From: the human T2T-CHM13v2.0 reference genome, Homo sapiens
DNA: 64,000 nucleotides
Reading direction: 5' to 3' (one strand)
Assembly: GCF_009914755.1 (NCBI RefSeq)
Contig: NC_060935.1
Shown here: positions 49,844-64,000 of the stretch, in pieces
How the letters are laid out: every line of letters begins with the position of its first letter
Numbering within the stretch: position 1 is the first letter of the stretch
Translations under genes and position numbers: made by a program
The notes under the pieces: generated by a model
The model's input: the letters and a program-made list of their open reading frames with translations, nothing else
Database searches by the model: none
What the model was told of the DNA's origin: nothing

Positions 49844-50176
49844 GTAAAAGGAAGTGCATGTGTATCATTCACATGAGTTGAGTCTCCAGTTTTTTGTCTG
49901 TTTTGTTTTAGTTTTTGAGACAAGGTCTCACTGTGTTGCCCAGGCTGATCTCAAACTGCAGGGCTCAAGTGATCCTCCCACTTCAGCCTCCCATATAGCT
50001 GGGACTAGTGGCACATATCAGTATGCCTGGCTTCTTCAATTATTTTAAGGTCTTTTGACCAAAACTGCAAAGGGGCAATTAAAAACAAAACAAAACAAAA
50101 CTCTAGGCTGGGCATGGTGGCTCACGCCTATAATCCCAACACTTGGGGAGGCCGAGGTGGGCGGATCACAAGGTCA

Positions 50177-50448
<272 letters not shown>

Positions 50449-50547
50449 TTAATAGTCAACAAGAATTTGTTACTGTAAGTAAAAATGTAATGTTACAAAT
50501 GTCCTGCCTCTTCACCATTCTGATGTTGGAACTGGGAAATATTTTAA

Positions 50548-50943
<396 letters not shown>

Positions 50944-53900
50944 TGATCTGCCTGTCTAGGCCTCCCAAAGTGCTGGGATTACAGGCGTGAGCCACCATGC
51001 CCTGCTGTGTCTATATCTATTTCTATATGTATATACTAACGTAGTGGGTTTTTCTGAAGCATTTGCACTCATTTCCCTTACCCCTGAATATTTCAGCATG
51101 TTTTCTTAAAAACAAGGACTTTTCTTAAATAACTATAGGATAGTTATTAAAATCATGAGATGTAATATTGATATAATACTATTATTACTTAATCCAAAGA
51201 CCATATTCAGATTTCTCCAGTTGTCCCAATATTTTTTTCTTTTCTTTTTTTTTTTTTAAGACAGGGCAGTATACAGTGGCTCATGCCTGTAATCCCAGCA
51301 CGTTAGGAGGCCAGGGCAGGTTGGGAAGTCAAGGCGGGAGGATCACTTGAGCCCAGGATATTAAGGCTACAATGAACTATAATTGTGCCACTGCACTCCA
51401 GCCTGGGTGACAGATTGAGACCTTATCTCAAAAAGAAAAAAAAAGAAGTATACCACAGTTGATTTGCCCATTTTTTCTTTCATGGACATCTGGATCATTT
51501 ATACCTTTATGAATAGTAACTAGGCCAGGAGTAGTGACTCACACCTGTAATCTCAGCACTTTGGGAAGCTGAGGCAGGTGAATCGCTTGAGCCCAGGAGT
51601 TCAAGACGAAGGAAAGGAAAAGAAAAGAAAAGTAGTAACTAAACTAGATATCTTCATTATTCTTGTCTTAAGTTAATAGGCTTCAATGAGCTCTGGCTGT
51701 AGAAAAATCAGTCAAATGGAAGAAAAACACAAATATTTTAAAAATTTTTTTGGAGACAGAATCTTGCTCTGTCAAGCATGCTGGAGTGCAGTGGCACCAT
51801 TACAGCTTGCACCATTACAGCTTGCACCATTACTGCAGCCTTGGCTTCCCGGGCTTAAGTGATCCACCACCGCTTCTCAAGTAGCTGGGACCACAGGTGC
51901 ATGCCACCATGCCGGGCTAATTTTTTTTATTATTTTTTGTGGAGATAGGGTCTCACTATATTGCCCAGGCTGATGATCTTGAACTCTCGGCCTCAAGTGA
52001 TCCTCCTGCCTCAGCCTCCCAAAGTGTTGGGATTACAGGCATGAGCCACCGTGCCTGACTTTAAAAATCTTTTAAGCATTGCATACTGAAATATTTATAC
52101 TTGGAATGATATATCCTCAGTTTGCTTCAAAATAGTCTGGGGATGGAGTGGGGCAGTAGTTGGGAGTATGACTGAAATAATGCAGGCCATAAATGATTGC
52201 TGTAGCTGGTAATTGATACATGGAGGTTTATTCTCTCTGAATGGAGATGTTATTCTCTCGGCTTTTGTATACATTTGATATTTTGCGTAATAAAAAGGTT
52301 TTGTTTTGTTTTTGTTTTTGAGATGGAGTCTCACTGTGTTACCCAGGCTGAAGTGCAGTGGTGTGATCTTGGCTCGCTGCAACTTCTACCTCCTGAATAG
52401 CTGGGATTACAGGCACCCACCTCCATGCCCGGCTAATTTTTGTGTTTTTTTAGTAGAGACGAGGTTTCCCCGTGTTGGTCAAGCCGGTCTTGAACTCCTG
52501 ACCTCAGGTGATCCACGCACCTTAGCCTCCCAAAATGCTGGGATTACAGGCGTGAGCCACCACATCCCTGGCCTAAAAGGTTTTCTTAAGGGTAGTGTTG
52601 AAAGACTTGCCAAATAGAATAGAAATCGTATCAAAACATATTAACCAGAAAAATAAGGCTCAGCAGCAGACTAAGGAAAATAAACGCAGTAAATATTATA
52701 GATGAAGCATAGATACCTTATATTATCAATAAAAATATCCTAAAGGAACTAATATATAAGTATTTCAGTAGACATGATAGGAAGTGTAACTTTGTTTCCA
52801 AAAAGTGTAAATTAAAACATTAGGAAGAGAAAGAAAGAGAAACGTTAATATCTAATTCAGGTTCAAGTACAGTAAAACCAGTTCTAATATATTGCTGGAG
52901 TCCTTACAGATTAGCATATAGCCCTTTTGTTGAGAATTTGGAAATATGTCCAAAATCCATAAAAATACTGATTTCTTTTGACTAAGAATTTCCAGTGTAG
53001 GAAAAATTATATATATATATATCCCTTTATCACACTTACTAGATTCACAAAAAGAGGCCACTGGCAAGTCTGTCCACAGGAAGAAGAGTGTGACCTGGGA
53101 GGCTGAGGCAAGAGGATTGCTTAAGCACAGGAGTTCAAGACCAGCCTCGGCAACATAGACCCTCATTCCCCTCACCCCCCAAAATAGCAAACAAAAATGT
53201 GTCGTTGAGTGCATTCAGTAGAGTATATTATGTGTAGTGGCTCATACCTGTAGTCCCAGCACTTTGGGAGGCTGAGGCCAGTAGATTGTTTGAGGCCAGA
53301 AGTGCAGCCTAGGAAACACACCAAGACCCTGATTCAACAAAAAATAGAAAAAAAAATTCACTGGGCATGGTGGTGTGTGCCTGTAGTCCCAGCTACTGGG
53401 GGGCCAAGGCAGGAGGATTGCTTGAGTCTGGGAGTTTGAGACTGTAGTAAGCTGTGATCATGCACTGCACTCCACCCTCGGTGACAGAGCAAGACCCTGT
53501 CTCTAGAAAAGAATATATGGCCATTAAAAGTTATGATTATAAAAACTGCATTGCTACATAGAAAAATGGTTCTAGTATGATGTTAAGTGCAACTATAACG
53601 GCTACCATTTATCAAGTACCTAGTGGGTGCCAGTCAATAGCTGGGACTCTTTAACAACTCTAAAATGGAGTTGCCAGCAGATGTTAAAACCAAGACACAA
53701 ATTATGTACTTTCTTAAGATCACTGGACTGGAAAGTAGGTAAGCTAGAATTTGAATGTTGGTTTTTCTGGCCCCAGACATATAGTGCCAGAAAGAGGTGT
53801 CCATGATGCTTAAACTATGTAAAAGGGGTAACAGAGGACATGAAAAAAGATGAGGAGAAAACACTCAAGCATGGTCATAGTTACTAGGTTAAGGTGGTAG

Positions 53901-55168
53901 GATTATAGATGTGTTGTTTTGGTCCTTTCTATTTTTCCAAATTTATTACAACTATTACACTTTAGGAGAAAAGTACTAGAACCTTTAGCATAGCAGTCTT
54001 AAATTCCACGACTCTACAAATGCAAGCTATTTTATTGGTGTTGAAAGGTAGTTGGGGCCGGGCACGGTGGCTCAGGCCTGTAATCTCTCAGCACCTTGGG
54101 AGGCAGAGGTGAGTGGATCGCTTGAGTTCCAGACCAGCCTGGGAAACATAGCAAAACCCCATCTTTACAAAAAATGCCAAAAATAAAAGCCGGATATGGT
54201 GAAATGCGCCTGAGGCTGAGGCAGGGAGGATCACGTAAGCCCTCCCCAGCCTGAGCCTGGGAGGTTGGGGCTGCAGTGAGCTGCCCCTCATAGCTGCCAC
54301 TGTACTCCAGTAGTCTGGGTGACAGAGTGAAACCCTGTCTCAAAATCTCAAAAAAAAAAAAAAAAAAGAAAGGTAGTTGGTACTACAGTACCTGCAATAG
54401 GGAGTTGACATGATAGGAAAAAGCACCTATTCACTAAACTTTTATTCTTTCTCATATCTCCTCAGTTTAAAAATATTTACTGAAACAATAGTAATTTTTA
54501 AAATACGTGTTTGCACAAAATATGGAAGCAAGGAAAAAGCTGTCCCTAATCCTGTCACCCTAAGAGAGGAAGTGTTTTGTTTTCTTTTTTAAATAAATAA
54601 ATGAATATATATATATATATAGTTTGTTTGTTTGTTTAATTAGAGATGGGGTTTTGCCATGTTGCCCAGGCTGGTCTTGAACTCCTGAGCTCATGTGATC
54701 TGCTCACTTTGGCTTCACAGAGGCCTAGGATTACAGGCGTGAGCTGCCACACCTGACCAGAGGTGTTTTCATAATCTGTAAAATTATTTCCAGAAGTATT
54801 TTTGTCACTTTACACTTCACCTGTGGATGAATATCTGAGTTTTACCACAGCCTCATCTGCATTGGTATTGTCAACAGAAATACTTAAATAGTAACTCTTC
54901 CTTAATTCCTAAGGGAAACAAAGTTGAATGCAGAGTTTGAGAAAAGGAAACAGCATTGGAAACCTAGGCATGATAGAGCATTCCTGTAGTCCTAGCTAGT
55001 TGGGAGGCTAAGGCAGGAGGGTCACTTGAGCCCAGGAATTCAGTCCAGTCTGGGCAACATAGTGAGACCCCATCTTTGGGAAAAAAAGAGAGTAGGCCTT
55101 TTCCTAGACCTACATTACAGACCTAGAGCACTGTATAAATTTGTTTAAGGGATGAATATAAAAGTTTA

Positions 55169-55474
<306 letters not shown>

Positions 55475-55979
55475 TTAAACTATGTTCTTTAGCATTGATG
55501 GGTAAAATTTGTTTTCTTTTTTCTTTCTTTCTTTTCTTCATAGTGAAGGGGTCTCATGATGTTGCCCAGGCTGGTCTCGAATGCCTGGGCTCAAGCTATC
55601 CTTCACACCTTGGCCTCCTAAAGTGCTAAGATTATGGACATGAGCCACCACACCTGGCCAAAATCTATTTTAGAGAGTGTCTTGTGCCTTTATAACAGAA
55701 AGAGGCACTCTGGGCGGAGATTACCACTGTTTATAAACTTGGATTTGACTGAAAAGGATTGAGTCCTAGTTTGCCGGTGTCTCACATTTGGAAGTTAACA
55801 GATATTTTCAAAGTCTGCATTCAAATAAAATACATGGATCCTCATTGGATCATAGTTGAGAAAATGATATAATACTTTATTGAACTCTTGGAGCCATTTG
55901 AAAAATTGAATGTTATGGGATTGTTTCTTTTCCTAGTTATGATAATAGTTTGTGGGCTTTTTTTTTTTTTTTTTTTTAA

Positions 55980-56084
<105 letters not shown>

Positions 56085-56657
56085 TGAGTAGCTGGGACTA
56101 CAGGCACCCGCCACCACACCTGGCTAATTTTTGTATTATTATTAGAGGCGGGGTTTCACCATGTTGGCTGGGCTGGTCTCGAACTCCCAACCTCAGGTGA
56201 TCTGCCCACCCTGGCCTCCCAAAGTGCTGGGATTACCGGCGTGAGCCACCGCACCATTTGGTTTTATAAGAGGATGTTCTTACTCTTAGGAGATGCTTGC
56301 TGATTAGGGTGAAGAATCATAATGTTTGCATTCTACTTCACAAGTGGTCCAGCAAACATGCACACATACATAGAAACAAAGCAAACATGGGAAAATACTA
56401 TTAGTTGTTGAATACAAGAGGCAGATGTATATGTGTTCATTGTAATATGTCAACTTTCTGTGTATCTACAATTTTCTTAATAAAAGTTTGAGGAAAAGAT
56501 AAACTTCTAAACAGCATGTTACATGTATTTTTCTATTCTGGTTTCAGTAGAATTCTGGGTTTCTTGAGAGTACTAGAATGCTCTGTATGGTAAGGGTGAG
56601 AAGAAAGTTCAAACAGTAATTTATAGAATGAGAGGAATAAGCTTTGGGGATAGACTA

Positions 56658-57143
<486 letters not shown>

Positions 57144-57248
57144 TTATTCTCCTGTCCTGGCCTCCCAAAATGTTGAGAGTACAAGCATGGGCCACCACAC
57201 CCAGCCAGAAGTGCCAGTTAATAATTTTTTTTTTCTTCTTCAAACCAG

Positions 57249-57338
57249 CACAACAGATTTGTTTTGGACTGTAAAGACAAAGAGCCTGATGTACTGTTCG
57301 TGGGAGACTCCATGGTGCAGTTAATGCAGCAATATGAG
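57249..57338 (+). CDS. PAFAH1B2: PAFAH1B2 exon 3 (HNRFVLDCKDKEPDVLFVGDSMVQLMQQYE), containing the SGNH-hydrolase GDS motif with catalytic Ser48
   Basis: Polypyrimidine tract and CAG acceptor, 90 nt, donor GAG|GTAAAG; in frame with exon 2. Confidence 0.96.
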
Positions 57339-57934
57339 GTAAAGGTGGAAGGGATGAGCGTGGTTCTTGGCTACTCATGTATATCCATTCATTACTAACA
57401 GACTTTCATTCTGAGCTGAACTTACTTATTTGTGACTCTTAGAGAAGCCCTAATTGAGGTTATAAGAGAATCAAAGCTACCTAAAGGGATTTTCTTTTCT
57501 TTCTTTTAACTTGGCCATGTTCTGATCTGAAGCATTGTTTATAATGAAACTTCCTCTTCTACTCTGGTTTCCAAGAGGCTTGATGTTATATTTGTTTATA
57601 TTTGCTCTACTCAGATTGTCAAGTTATTATTTGTATCTTAGTATTTCCTATTTGTATTTGCTAATAACATTTATCCTAGTCATGATTCTTACTTATATTT
57701 TGCCATTTTCCTATTTCATATATTTTTGTAGTAAGCTATTGCCAATCTTCTTTTAGGGTTTAGGCATTCTTCCATGGGAAATTTATTAGTTTTTTTATTT
57801 TTTAATTTATTTTTTTGAGACAGTCCCGCTCCATCGTCGAGGCTGGAGTGCAGTGGCACAATCTCAGGCTCAAGAGATTCTCATACCTCAGCCCCTGAGT
57901 AGTTGGGATTATAGGCATGTGCCACCATGCCTGA

Positions 57935-58090
<156 letters not shown>

Positions 58091-58459
58091 TAGCTTTTTT
58101 TTTTTTTTTTAAGCTCTAGCACTCTAAATTTCTTCATCTCTTGTTTCTACTTCACCCTGTTTCTGTAGTTCAATAAGTGGAAAGGAGGGTTTGTTGAGTT
58201 GACAGCTTAATTATTAATGTTGATACCTTTTAGGGGGCATCAGATTGAGTTGTGACTCATTTCTTGAGCTGAGACCTAAGGCTGCATTAAGAACTGAGTT
58301 ACACAATGGTATCTTAAAAGCCCTTAAACAGTGTCACACCATTACAGTGTTATCTTTGAATACAGAAAAAGGAAATTAATGCCTTGCAACACATTGCAGT
58401 CGAAAGATTAAACTTTCCCCTAGTTTTAGGTACACTAAATCAAGTTTTTCTTTTTTTAG

Positions 58460-58576
58460 ATATGGCGAGAGCTTTTTTCCCCACTTCATGCACTGAATTT
58501 TGGAATTGGGGGAGATACAACAAGACATGTTTTGTGGAGACTAAAGAATGGAGAACTGGAGAATATTAAGCCTAAG
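58460..58576 (+). CDS. PAFAH1B2: PAFAH1B2 exon 4 (IWRELFSPLHALNFGIGGDTTRHVLWRLKNGELENIKPK)
   Basis: Acceptor tttttttag, 117 nt, donor AAG|GTGAAA; NFGIGG is SGNH block II. Confidence 0.96.
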
Positions 58577-58764
58577 GTGAAATGAAAGTTACTTGTCAAT
58601 GTCATTAATCTTAAGTCTGTTTTGGATAGTTAAATTGTCTGAAACTGTAAAAAAAAATTGCTTCTTTAAAGACCTATTTCACTATTTTTTTCGTGCCTCT
58701 TTAAGGTAAATGATACTGTCATTTCTTGAGAATATGCCAAAATATATAATTAAGAAACTAGTGA

Positions 58765-59058
<294 letters not shown>

Positions 59059-59964
59059 TGATCCACCCGCTTCGGCCTCCCAAAAGTGCTGGAGAATTAC
59101 AAGCATGAGCCACCGCGCCTGGCTGAAGGAAGAGATTTGATGCTAACGAGGTATGCTATTCTGTGGAATGCATAGATCTCGGGCAGTATGAGGGAAAACT
59201 GCTCAGAGGTGGGCCATGGGAGCAGGGCCATGATTAACTTTAGGAAGTAATTTTGGATCTGTTTAACCATATAAACAGGTCAGTAATCGAGGCCTGCAAG
59301 TTCATCTGAAGAAAATTAGAAGCAGATGTGAACAAATGAACATTTCTACCCAGTATCTTATATCATAAATACTCTGAGTTGGCACACTGTATATAATTGT
59401 TTCAGCTCCCAAAAAAGAACAAAAACTGAGCCCTGACAAAACGTGCTTTCATTGAAAGTTGTTTGTTTTAAGACAGGTTCTCTCTGTTGCCCAAACTAGA
59501 ATGCAGTGGCATGATTATAGCTCACTGTAACCTCAAACTGTTGGACTCGGATGATCCTATGGCCTCAGCCTCCCAAATAGCTAGGACTGCAGGCATGTGC
59601 CACCATGCTTAGCTAATTTTTAAATTTCTTTTTGTAGACAGGGTCTTGGTCTTGTTATGTTGCCTAGGCTGGTGTCAAACTCCTGGCCTCAGATGATGAT
59701 CCTCCCGCCCCGGCCTCCTAAAATACTGGGATTATAGGCTTGAGCTACCATGCGAGACTGTGATTTTTTTTTTTTTTTCTCTAAAGAGAAAAACTTGATG
59801 GATCAGCGTGGTGGGTTATGCCTGTAATCCTAGCACTTTGGGAGGCTGAGGCACGCAGATCACTTGAGGCTAGGAGTTCACGACCACCCTGGCCAGCATG
59901 GTGAAACCCTGTCTCTAGATTTAAAAAAAAAAAAAAAAAGCCAGGCATGGTGTCACACACCTTA

Positions 59965-60153
<189 letters not shown>

Positions 60154-60685
60154 TTATACCGTGACAGGTTCTTGCTGTGTCACCCAGGCTGGAGTGCAGT
60201 GGCATGATCATGGCTTACTTGCAGTCTTGAACTCCTGGGCTGAATCAATCTTCCCACCTCAGTGTCCCAAAGCATTGAGATTATAGATGTGACCCACTGT
60301 GCCTGGCCAGGTTTTATTTTTATACAGTTTATTAATCTTTTTTGTATAATTTTTGGATTTTGAGAAATCAGCTTCCTGCTGCATGATGATATAATTCTCT
60401 CTTGTTTCCTCCTAGTACAATTTTACCACTTAAATATTATTCCCCTTGGAATTTATCCTGATATATGATAGGAGGCATAAATCGATGCATTAAGATTTCT
60501 GCCCTGGCTGAGTGTGGTGGCTCAACATTTGTAGTCCCAGCATTTTGGGAGGCCAAAGAAAGATGGATTGAGCCCAGGAGTTTAAGACCAGCCTGGGCAA
60601 TATAGCATGACCCTCTATCTCTTAAAAGAAAATTTAATAGGATAGCTGCCCAGTTGAAGTTAGCCAACACCATTTGAAAAGTTTA

Positions 60686-61019
<334 letters not shown>

Positions 61020-61093
61020 TCATCTAAATGTTGGACGTTCCTTTGTTCCTGGGTATTTATCTTCTCCTTCCCCCCTTTTTTCTTCAATTGCAG

Positions 61094-61216
61094 GTCATTG
61101 TTGTCTGGGTAGGAACAAATAACCACGAAAATACAGCAGAAGAAGTAGCAGGTGGGATCGAGGCCATTGTACAACTTATCAACACAAGGCAGCCACAGGC
61201 CAAAATCATTGTATTG
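61094..61216 (+). CDS. PAFAH1B2: PAFAH1B2 exon 5 (VIVVWVGTNNHENTAEEVAGGIEAIVQLINTRQPQAKIIVL)
   Basis: Acceptor ttgcag, 123 nt, donor TTG|GTATGT; GTNN is SGNH block III; visible in ORF 61028..61303. The final coding exon is not in the window. Confidence 0.96.
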
Positions 61217-61543
61217 GTATGTAGTCTTTGGTGGGTAGAGAGTTTGTTATCTTTAGGTCAGCTGAGGAATCTTTTTAGAAATGTGATTGCTCATGAATAT
61301 TAGAGAACCTTGAGGTGGAAGCAGTTTATCATACTTCCGTTGACCTCTTCTTTAATGTATTTTACTGTCTTACTGGTTTCATCATTCCCCATACCAGCTG
61401 TGGGGCCATCTTTTATCCACGCATCCTTGTTTAGAAGTATGGAAGCCGTGGCCAGGCGCTGTGGCTCACGCCTGTAATCCCAGCACTTTGGGAGGCCAAG
61501 GTGGGCGGATCACGAGGTCAGGAGATCAAGTCCATCCTGGCTA

Positions 61544-61858
<315 letters not shown>

Positions 61859-62199
61859 TTACTTTGTAAGTGTCCTGTTTTACTGCTAATATGTTAAAGG
61901 TGGTATATTAGACATTCTAATCTTCTCTAAAACATAAAAAATTTCATCAGCAAGAAAATGGATACTTTATAGTTGTACCCTGAACAGAAAGGTGCTACCC
62001 TTTTGTAGAATTAAAGCATTAACTCTTCATGGTCTCAAAGGTGAACAGCTGTCTGTTTCAGTATAAAAGTCTAGCTGTAGGCCGGGTGTGGTGGCTCACG
62101 TCTGTAATCCCGGCACTTTGGGAGGCCGAGGCGGGTGGATCACAAGGTCAGGATTTCAAGACCAGCCTGGCCAAGATGGTGAAACTTCGTCTCTACTAA

Positions 62200-62487
<288 letters not shown>

Positions 62488-64000
62488 TAGCCATGGTCTC
62501 GATCTCCTGACCTCGTGATCTGCCTGCCTTGGCCTCCCAAAGTGCTGCGATTACAGACGTGAGCCATCACGCCTGGCTGAAGCAGAGAATTTCTTAAACC
62601 TGGGAGGTGGAGGTTGCAGTGAGCCGAGATCGTGCCACTGCACTCCAGCCTGGGCAACAGAGCAAAACTCGGTCTCAAAAAAAAAAAAAAATGTCTAGCT
62701 GTAGATATTCTTAGTCAGTTTGAAACATGTTTTAGCAAAATCTGATACAAATTTAGTTCTTTAGTGAGATGGTGTTAGGAAGATAGTCATTTACTCAAAA
62801 AACCTGAGGATCACTGTGTACAAGGCACTATCCTAGTTCTTGAGCATACAAAAATGAGTAAGACATAGTTTCGGTCTCAAGGAGCTCACAGTCTAGTGTA
62901 TGGAGACAGCAACACAGAATTATTATACTGTGTGCTGTTTAGAGTAAGGTGAAAACGTGTTTAACAAAAGTTGACATCTGCATTCAAAGACTTCATTGGT
63001 TTCCAGACAAATAGGGAAAGAAGGAAGGTATTATAGAAAAATAAAGAGAATTGAGCAAAGGCTTGTACATGTATGTGTTTGTTGGGTGAGCAGAGGAGGC
63101 TGCATAAAGTTTGAGCCTGGGATGGTTAGGAGAAGGAGGCCACAACCAGGTCATGTAGGATTTTTTTTTTTTTTTTTTAATTTGAGATGGAGTCTCGCTC
63201 TACTGCCCAGGCTGGAGTGCAGTGGCGTGATCTTAGCTCACTGCAACCTCCGCCTCCCGGGTTCAAGTGATTCTTCTGCCTCAAATCCCAAGTAGCTGGA
63301 ACTACAGGTGCATGCCACCATGCCCGGCTAATTTTTGTTTGTTTTTAGTAGAAACGGGGTTTCACCATATTGGCCAGGCTGGTCTCGAACTCCTGACCTC
63401 GTTCGTGATCTGCCTGCCTCATCCTCCCAAAGTGCTGGGATTACAGGCGTGAGCCACTGCGCCAGACCAGGTCATGTAGGAATTCATATGCTGTTGGGAT
63501 GTTTGGATTTTATCCACAGTTGCTGGGGGGCCAGATCTTTTTTATTACAAGGCATTTCATTTACTTGTTGAGGTACTTATTTATACCTGCCTTATTCCAG
63601 AAAGGATTGTGTTAAGAGTCCACCTGTTAAGTACAGTGACTAGTACATAGTATTTGCTTAGGAAATATTTGTTGCATGAATGTTGCTCAATAAGCCTTCC
63701 ATATTCTTTGTTTTTAAATTGGATATACAAAAGTGTTAATTATGGTGTTGTCCATAATACTAAAACTTTGGAAATAACCTAAATAGTAGTATCATGGAAA
63801 TGATTGTATAAGTCATTGAATATGATAGCAGTAATCACATTACAATTATGAGGGCTGTGTGCAAACAGACTTTATGGTGTATTTAAGTGAAAATGTTTTT
63901 GAATTGCTTTGCTGGGCATGGTAGCTCATGCCTAATCCTAGTATCTATGCAATTGGAAAAGGGCTACAAGGAGACAAAATTAAAACAGTTATTCCAGGGT

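Overview
Primate (most likely human, 11q23.3) genomic DNA that is extremely Alu-dense. The right third holds the 5' part of PAFAH1B2 on the + strand: CpG-island promoter, non-coding exon 1 (ends 41726) and coding exons 2-5 (49763-61216). The last exon lies beyond the window. About 6-9 kb upstream, on the same strand, is an unprocessed, intron-containing partial copy of PCSK7 (its last five exons, 32836-~36165). All its splice sites and a 271-codon spliced reading frame are intact, and its amino-acid differences from PCSK7 cluster in about 72 bp. The intergenic left part contains a near full-length NUDT21 (CFIm25) processed pseudogene inserted into an old L1M and split by four Alu insertions, a solo ERV9 LTR12-family LTR, an L1PA with a twin-priming 5' inversion, MLT1/MLT2 LTRs, MIR/L2 relics and many nested Alus. 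A 3.6-kb L1PA with a perfect 18-bp TSD ends <1 kb from the PAFAH1B2 promoter. Nearly all ORF-track entries are Alu/L1 artefacts. Gene identities rest on recalled protein sequences; no database search was run.
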